From Octopus vulgaris (Eukaryota): a stretch of DNA of 64,000 nucleotides. The position numbers and the translations under genes are program-made. Under the pieces are notes generated by a model. It did no database searches. It worked only from the letters and a program-made list of their open reading frames with translations, and was not told where the DNA came from. The DNA lies in assembly GCA_951406725.2 (NCBI GenBank), contig OX597823.1, forward strand, positions 17,794,001 to 17,858,000, in the 5' to 3' direction. This document shows positions 56,098 through 64,000 of the stretch, one piece after another; the first letter of the stretch is position 1; each line of letters begins with the position of its first letter.

Positions 56098-57210
56098 TAT
56101 AATAAGTACATAGATAAACTTTTTTCAACATCTAAATACCGAACAGTATATATATATATATATATATTCATATAAAGGATAAAATCCTTTTAAGAGCAGA
56201 AAAATTTTTCTGGCAACCAGCCATGAAGATCGAACTTACACCCCTCGATTTGAATTTTAGCAGAAGGCCAGCAAGTTCGAAGGAGAGGCTAAGTACTCAG
56301 TACTCAGTACTCAGCTGGTCCTTATTTTATCAATTCTGAAAGGATGAGTGGTAAAGTCGATATCAGCAAATTTTGAACTCAGGACCTAAAACTGGATGAA
56401 ATGCTGACTAAGCATTTTGCCTGGCATGTTAACAATTCTGTCAAGCACAAGGCTGAAGTTTTAGGGAGAGGGTATTAGTTGATTTGCGTTGCCCTCAGTA
56501 CTCAACTGGTATTATTTTATCAGTCACAAAAGTATGAAAGGAAAAGTCGACCTCAGCAGTATTTGGACTCATAATGTAGGAAACCAGAAGAAATGCCACA
56601 AGACAATTTGTCTGACATAGTTGATACAATTCTGACAGCTGGTGCCTTAATGATAATAATAATTCTTTCTTATTTCTTTATTGCCCTCAAGGGGCTAAAC
56701 ATATAGGGGACAAACAAGGATGGACAAAGGGATTAAGTCGATTACATTGACCCCAGTGTATAACTGGTACTTAATTTATCGACTCTGAAAGGATGAAAAG
56801 CAAAGTGAACCTCAACAGAATTTGAACTCAGAACGTAATGACAGACGAAATACTGCAAAGCATTTCGCCCGGCGTGCTAACATTTCTACCAGCTAGCCAC
56901 CTTCAATGATAATAATAATATGATAATGATAATAATAATAATTATCAATGATAATAATAATTATCAATGATAATGATAATAATAATAATAATCCTTTCTA
57001 CTATAGGCACAAGGCCTGAAAATTTTTTTGGGGGTGGGGGCAGTCAATTAGATCAACCCCAGTATGCAACTGGTACTTAATTTATTGACCCCAAAAGGAT
57101 GAAAGGCAAAGTCAACCTCGGTAGAATCTGAAGTCAGAACATGAAGAGTGACAAAATGCCACTAAGCATTTTGCTTGGTGTGCTAACGATTCTGCTAGCT
57201 TGTCGTCTTC
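55570..57210 (-). mobile_element. Cluster of at least 6 co-oriented Meta-SINEs separated by (AAT)n tracts
   Basis: Repeated CTGGTACTTAATTTATCGACCCC...AAGGATGAAAGGCAAAG cores of varied divergence. Confidence 0.85.
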
Positions 57211-58463
57211 TTAATGATTATAATAATGATGCTTTTTACACATACTTACTTATGCACATAACCTTATACATATATTGTGTCTAACCCTCCAGGCCTCACA
57301 CTAAGCTATATGGACAGTCCTTCTCTCCCAGAATATTATCCCCCTGGAATTCCCACACTGCACATGTCATTCTTGTTGTCATTGAATTGAAACGGTTTAA
57401 GTAGTAAATTAAAAACGCCAGTCTCATGGGTCTCAGATGACTGGGGAAGGCCATGGGTGCTTACCCCTTCTTCTAAACCGACTAAATAATAAATATAAAT
57501 ATATATGAACATTCACATATACACATATATACACACACACACACATATATATATATATACATACATAGAGACATGCAGACACACACTCACGCTCACACAC
57601 ACACACTTATATACATGCATGCTTTCATGCACACTGGTACATGCACAGACACACACATGAGGTAAATATGTAGGGTGTTGGCTTATTGGTCTGAAAGCCA
57701 CATGTTCATATTTTCTCCCTGTCCTTAGAACTGTTTTTTTTTTGCCATACCTGTGCATAATAGAGGGTCCATTAAATTTTTCCCACTACCCTACTTAACT
57801 TGGAGAGAGAGAGAGAGAGAGAGAGAATGTAAGCTTTTACATGTGCATGTAGTGAAAGAGGGTGAGAAAGAGAGAAAGTCAAGAAAGAAAAGGAACAAAA
57901 AATAAAAATTATTTTACCCCCCTCCCCCCTGCCAATTTCTTCAAGGAAAGATATAGGGTTGGGGTGAGGGTAAGGCTTGCATTTCTTCAATTTCGGAAAG
58001 TCAGTAGTGGGGGTGGGGACCCCTTATGTACTGCCCTGTTTATATTTTTCTGAAACTAATAAGGCACACACACACACACACACACACACACGTACACACA
58101 CACACACACACATACACATGCACACAACTAATACATACGTGTATCTATCTATCTATATATTTATATATAAAGAAAACAAAAAAAAACAATGCACAAAAAA
58201 AAAAGAAACACAGAGTAAATTTTTTAGATGCAAAACACAGTTCATATTGTAGACCAGCTGACCATCTGCTCCTTTCTATCCACGCCCACCCCACGCAAAA
58301 AGTATCTCTTCAAAAGTTTAAAATTTAAAATTGATTGTTAAATACTAATGTTAAATGTGAGTGTTATTTTGTAAGTTTTACTTCATGCATGAATGAAAAA
58401 AAAATAAGTGAAACAAAAGGTGAGAGATAAAAAGAAATTGAAAACATATTAAGTATAACTCAC

Positions 58464-58614
58464 CTGGTGGCAGAGCTACATTTGCACTATATGTTCCGGA
58501 AAAACAGAGAACCAGCAGGATCAGTAGTTCCAGAAAGTGTGTGTAAGGTTTATTAAAACGTCTCCAGACTTGAGTACTTTGTCCACTGACAAGTCTTGAA
58601 ATTTGGCCATCCAT
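58464..58614 (-). CDS. Probable first coding exon of a secreted or membrane protein (signal peptide, phase-1 intron)
   Basis: MDGQISRLVSGQSTQVWRRFNKPYTHFLELLILLVLCFSGTYSANVALPP-G: basic n-region, hydrophobic core, small-residue cleavage region; ATAATGG start context; perfect CAG|GTGAGT donor at 58463; non-repetitive sequence. Confidence 0.65.
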
Positions 58615-58690
58615 TATTAGCTATTAAGAATTTTTTTTTTTTTGACAAAAAAAAAATTATAATTATTGTTAACTACTATTTCTTATTCAC

Positions 58691-58956
58691 CTGTTCTTGT
58701 CATTCCTTATATCCCAAAATTGCCGGTTTTGTTGTTGTTCTTGTTCCCTATTCCATATTGCTCAGAATATGGGAAAAAGGCACACCGGCCTGTTGAGATT
58801 ATAGAACTCTCCGAGACCACTTGTTCCAATGGCTCGTACCAAGGACAAGATGAAATTGTCAAGGATTCAGCTACTTTAGGAAGTAGAGTGTAGTAAGTAG
58901 GATAACGCTGACTCTTAATCAATGTCGATTGGCTGTTGGGTTCAGGCCTCAGCCAG
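58691..58956 (-). other. Possible 5' UTR exon of the same gene
   Basis: Unique sequence bounded by TTCTCCGTTTTGCCCTATCAG| acceptor and CAG|GTGAAT donor; 70-nt gap ending TTCTTAATAG just 6 nt before the ATG. Confidence 0.35.
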
Positions 58957-59536
58957 CTGATAGGGCAAAACGGAGAACCAACCAATATTATTATTAAGTC
59001 AGAAATACTTCCACATCAAGGCAAAAAGAAGAAGAAAAAAAAAAATTAGCAAAAAAATATTCAAACAAATAAAAAAAATAATAAGCAGACAAAAAGGGAA
59101 GAAAGAAAGAGAAGATGAAGAGAAAGAGAAAGAAAAAAATGTGGTAGGCAATAATGGTGGTAGTGGGTGATGGTAGTGATGATGATGGTGGTAGCAGATG
59201 TGGTGGTGTGGTGATAGTACTGATGAATATGCTGGTGGTGGTGGTGGTGATGATGATGGTGGCGGTGTTGCTGCTGTTGATGGTGGTGGTGGTGGTGGTG
59301 ATAGTGGATTAGTTGGAGGGTGGGGTTTTTTATAGGTGGGGGGAGAGAAAGCAGGCAGGTGGCGGTAAGAGGGGGTGGATTCTGGGGTTTTGGGGGGAGG
59401 TGGGAGCTGGGGTGAAGGCATGGTGTTTTCTTTAAAGAAAATAAGAAAGAAGGGTGGAAGATCTTAGCTATAATTAAAGTCAGTCCGGAAACTCACATTA
59501 TGAAATCACTAAGAATTTTATTGTAAAGAAATGAAT

Positions 59537-59612
<76 letters not shown>

Positions 59613-60469
59613 TAATAATAATGATAATTGATGTTGTTTCTAATTTAGGCAATTTTTGAGGGGAGGGGCTAGTGGACACTGTCAACACCACTACTTGACT
59701 GAAACTTTATTTTATCAACCCCAAAGGGATAAAGGCAAAGTTCAGAGGGATTTCAACTCGCCAGATTAAAATTTTGACACTTTATTAATTCTGCTTATCC
59801 TTCGTCTCAAGATTTGCAAAAGAAGAAAATTATGCAAAGAAGGAAAACTGCTGATTATATCAACTCCAGTATTTGACACTGATACTTCATTTTATCAAGT
59901 CCCAGATAAAAAAAAAAAAAAAAAAAAAAATTTTCAGTGTGATTTGAACTCAGAATGTAAAGGGACATAACTAAATATTGCAAGACAATCATCAGTCTCA
60001 CACTAATGGCTCTGCCAGTCCATGAAATTTCTTATTACACAGCCATGCACATGCCTATATGATGATGATGATGATGATGATGAGGAGGAGGAGGAGGAGG
60101 AGGAGGAGGACAATGACGATTCCTAGCTCTGGTGTGAGGCCACAAATTTTGGTGATGGTGTAAATGATGACGATGATGATGATAATAATAACAACAACAA
60201 CAACAACAACAATAATAATAATAATAATGATAATAATAATAATAATACAGTTTTATAGTTTCATAGTTTTTCAAATTTTCAAAAACACCCCCTTCACCTT
60301 ATGGTTCCACCTCCCGGAGCAGACTACTTGATGGTAGGTGGGGTGTAAATAAAAGAATTTTGATACCCTGGTAGTGGTAGAGGTGGTGGTGGTGGTGGTG
60401 GTGGCGGCGGCGGTGGTGGTGGTGGTGGTGGAGAAGTATTATAAAGATAAGGGGTATCTGGAATTAGAG

Positions 60470-60631
60470 GAGGAATGAAATTTGAGAGAGAGAGAGTTTT
60501 TGAAGAGAATGATAAAAAAAGAAAGCTTGTGAGAGCCAGAAAGTGAGGGAGGGGGAGAGAGAGAGAGAGAGAAGAAGGAGGAACAAAGAATGAGAGATGA
60601 AGAAAAAGAACATTGAGAAATATAGAGAAGA

Positions 60632-60664
<33 letters not shown>

Positions 60665-61020
60665 TAGAGAAAGTGTATAAGAGAGGGGTAGAAGTGACGT
60701 AGTGGTGCTGATGGTGGAGAGGGAAGCGTGAAAATGAAAGTAGGGAAATATAGAGACTAAGTGAAAAAGTGTAGGAGAGAGAGAGAGAGAGAGGGGGAGA
60801 GAGGGAGAGAGAGAGAGAAAGAGAGAGCATAGGCAAGTAATAGAGAGTGTGTAATAGGCAAATATCATTAGAGAAAGAGAAAGAATGACAGGTAAAGAAA
60901 AGTAAAAGAAGAGAGGGAAAGAAAATGAAGGAAAGAAAAATAAAAAGAGAGAGAGTGTGATAGAGAGAGAGAGAGTGATAGAGAGAGAGAGTGAGAGAGA
61001 GAGAGAAAGAAGAAGTATGT
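60470..61020. promoter_or_regulatory. Long polypurine (GA) tract upstream of the putative gene
   Basis: ~550 bp of GA-rich sequence; regulatory role is inference only. Confidence 0.3.
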
Positions 61021-61144
61021 GTGTGTGTGTGTGCATTTATTAGAAGAATTAAAAGGAAGAAAGCAAGATTGATAAGTTGATGAGGAGATTTGGTTAACTT
61101 TAGGAAGGGAAGCAGATAGGAAATGTCTTAGTTTAATAAGACTG

Positions 61145-61204
<60 letters not shown>

Positions 61205-61659
61205 TTTGTCTCTCTCTCTCTCTCTCTCTCCCAATAATCCTAACCCCCCCCCACCGGCTCCACATTCCTCACCACCTTCCCCATCATGTAAAGAAACAAA
61301 TTAGGCTTACTTAGCTATTCCTTGACTCTTTGATAGAAGTAACAGTTAACTTACATAAACTACACCCCACCACCACCACCACCACCACCACCACCACCAC
61401 CACACTTCCTGCAAGCAGCCAGTGAGGGATCCTCAACATGGCCACTTGCTTTACTAGAAACAGCAGCTAAATGTCTTTCGAAATCTCTCACTACCATCTT
61501 GAAAAACAAAAGGACGCATGTACAAATAGCTAGGGTGGTCATGGCTGAGCTGCAGCTAAATAACAACAATTCCTCTTCCAGGTCTGTCCTTGCCCCATCA
61601 TGAACCTTTCACTCTTTTTCTGCTTATCTTTCTGTTTCTCCCTCTCTCACAAACTCATA

Positions 61660-61723
<64 letters not shown>

Positions 61724-62058
61724 CTGTCTTTCTCTCTGTCTCTATCATTCTCTCTTTCCCTTAGACTCTCATTTTAGTCCTCTTGTTTGATTCACACTCA
61801 ACGTAATTCTACTGTACATATATATACACATATATACATATACATATATGTGTGTGTATATATATATATATATATTTTAAATGCTGTTGGATTTTTCTCA
61901 AAAGGTATTGGAATTTTACATATATACCATTCTGCCTAAAAAAATGGATCTACAAATTCAATATCCCTACATATCTCACATCTATTTTCTTTCCTCCACC
62001 TCACTCTCTATTTCGAATCCAATCTAAATTAATTATTACTTAACCATCCTCTCACACC

Positions 62059-62110
62059 GTCTCCGATGAAGGGATATAATTAATAAATATCCTGGAAACA
62101 GCTGTAAGAC
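62059..62110 (+). ncRNA. Minimal type-I hammerhead motif (U4C variant)
   Basis: GTCT-CCGATGA-AG-GGATAT/ATATCC-TG-GAAAC-AGCT-GTA-AGAC; host element 61920-62175 homologous to 48715-48915. Confidence 0.65.
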
Positions 62111-62702
62111 CTTCTATCTATAAATGTTCTAATACCTACACAGCCTTAGTTTTTTATCTCGTTATGCAAAAAATTCTTATATACACACGCTGACATATGA
62201 CCAATGTTGAACCCCTTATTCGCAAAATCACCGAACCTGGAACTTAACTATGGTCTGTTTATAGCACTTGTTCAACATTACCTGACACCTTTGGGACTCA
62301 ATGACACCATTACCTCTTATATCTATATGCACACATGTTTATATGAACAGACAATATTATATGCATGCATATGCACAAACATGTAGACATTTATTAATAA
62401 ATGCATTATGAATTATGATGTGCATATGTGTGTGTATATTTAATATAACATACATGCTTTTAAGTAAGTTTTGATATGTGCAAGAATGTACACATACACA
62501 CACATATAAAATTTATATAAGTATGCATGCATATATATGTATGTCTGTGAGTGTGTGTGTGTGTGTATGTGTGTGTGCATGGGAATAAAAACCTTCAAAG
62601 GTAACAATTATTCAAAATTATAATTTAGGGTATCTAAGAGATACCACCGTGCTGGAAATAGCAGCCAAATCTTGATTCTAAAATCACATTAATATATATA
62701 TA

Positions 62703-62860
62703 AGGAGTGGCTGTGTGGTAAGTAGCTTGCTCACCAACCACATGGTTCCGGGTTCAGTTCCACTGCATGACACCTTGGGCAAGTGTCTTCTACTTTAGCC
62801 TCGGGCTGACCAAAGCCTTGTGAATGGATTTACTATACGGAAACTGAAAGAAGCCTGTCG

Positions 62861-62936
<76 letters not shown>

Positions 62937-63142
62937 TGTGTCTGTGTTTGTCCCCCCAACATTGCTTGACATGTTTGGTATGTTTATGTCCTCGTTACTT
63001 AGCGGTTCGGCAAAAGAGACCGATAGAATAAGTACTGGGCTTACAAAGAATAAGTCCTGGGATCGATTTGCTCGACTCAAAGGCGGTGCTCCAGCATGGC
63101 CACAGTCAAATGACTGAAACAAGTAAAAGAGTAAAGAGTAAA
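62703..63142 (+). mobile_element. SINE A
   Basis: Family A sequence with expanded internal (TA)(TG) tract. Confidence 0.9.
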
Positions 63143-63170
63143 GAGATATCGAGAGAGAAAGAGAGAGAGG

Positions 63171-63249
<79 letters not shown>

Positions 63250-63811
63250 ACATACATCAAAGCTATATACAAATATATAGCCATACTCTTATGCATAAGC
63301 TTAACAATGTGTATAACAACATGTATATGTATGTGTATGTGAATGAGTGTGTCGGTGTGTGTTTCTTTCCACATTCCACTTGAATTTCCTTCCTCCCACC
63401 ACCATTTTAGCCACTTCGTCAGCTGCACTGTTATGCCAGCAGCATCTCATACAGACATACTACCATTTTTCTCTCATTTGGAATCCTACCCCTAGCATCA
63501 AACTCATGATCATCTGCACCCCAGCCCTTAAACATAAAATTAATAAAAAAAAAAGAAAGAAAACTTCTTTACACTGGTACTGCTGTGAAAAACGACCAGC
63601 CAATCTACCCACAAATTCTAGTCCAAGCATTTGGTGCTAAAAAATACAAGAATCCTACATTATCTATTAATATCATGCATACAAGCCTTGTCCAATATCT
63701 CAAATGATTGTCCTTCTCTGTGTCTATCATACTGTGTTCTTCTAAATATACACATGCATAAAGAAAAAACAAGCACACATTTAAATGCATATTTGCATAT
63801 ATATGTGTGTG

Positions 63812-64000
63812 TGGAGGCGCAATGGCCCAGTAGTTAGGGCAGCGGACTCGCAGTTTCGATTCCCAGACTAGGCGTTGTGAGTGTTTATTGAACGAAAACA
63901 CCTAAAGCTGCACGAGGCTCCGGCAGGGGGTGGTGGCGATCCCTGCTGTACTCTTTCGCCACAACTTTCTCTCACTCTTTCTTCTGTTGGCCTGCTTGCT
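63812..64000 (+). mobile_element. SINE C1, runs off the window end
   Basis: Matches 384-590. Confidence 0.85.

Noticed and set aside
58707-58985. 92-aa minus-strand ORF
   Set aside because: Non-ATG start and no recognisable domain; better explained as 5' UTR
54316-62690. Inverted ~115-bp repeat pair (54316-54431, 62577-62690) bracketing the first exon
   Set aside because: Part of it matches a dispersed repeat motif seen many times in the window, and no TSD supports a single 8-kb element
62790-63428. 212-aa ORF and the recurring '[11 protein letters not shown]' peptides elsewhere
   Set aside because: Translations of SINE A; recurrence reflects the repeat, not a gene family

Overview
AT-rich, repeat-saturated animal genomic DNA. 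The repeat families resemble those of octopus/coleoid cephalopods; this is inferred from memory of the families, not from a search. Almost all ORFs in the supplied track are microsatellite or SINE artefacts. The only credible host coding sequence is a minus-strand first exon at 58464-58614. It encodes a signal peptide and ends at a perfect CAG|GTGAGT phase-1 donor. No second exon was found, so positions 1-58463 are probably one intron of >58 kb. That intron contains several tRNA-derived SINE families (CORE-like and Meta/MESC-domain), RTE and restriction-like-endonuclease LINE 3' ends, Tc1/mariner relics (DD41D, DD34E Tc1, DD37D fragment, a palindromic mariner), hAT MITEs, two non-autonomous Helitrons and a MULE-like element carrying a captured transposase fragment. 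The most interesting signal is a set of short, sequence-unrelated fold-back (Penelope-type) elements. Several carry minimal type-I hammerhead ribozyme motifs, their inversion points fall inside the ribozyme, and one has an in-window empty site showing a 12-bp TSD. A second signal is Meta-SINE dimers/trimers enclosed by a single TSD pair with shared unit junctions. Repeat boundaries are by-eye estimates unless a TSD or TIR is quoted.
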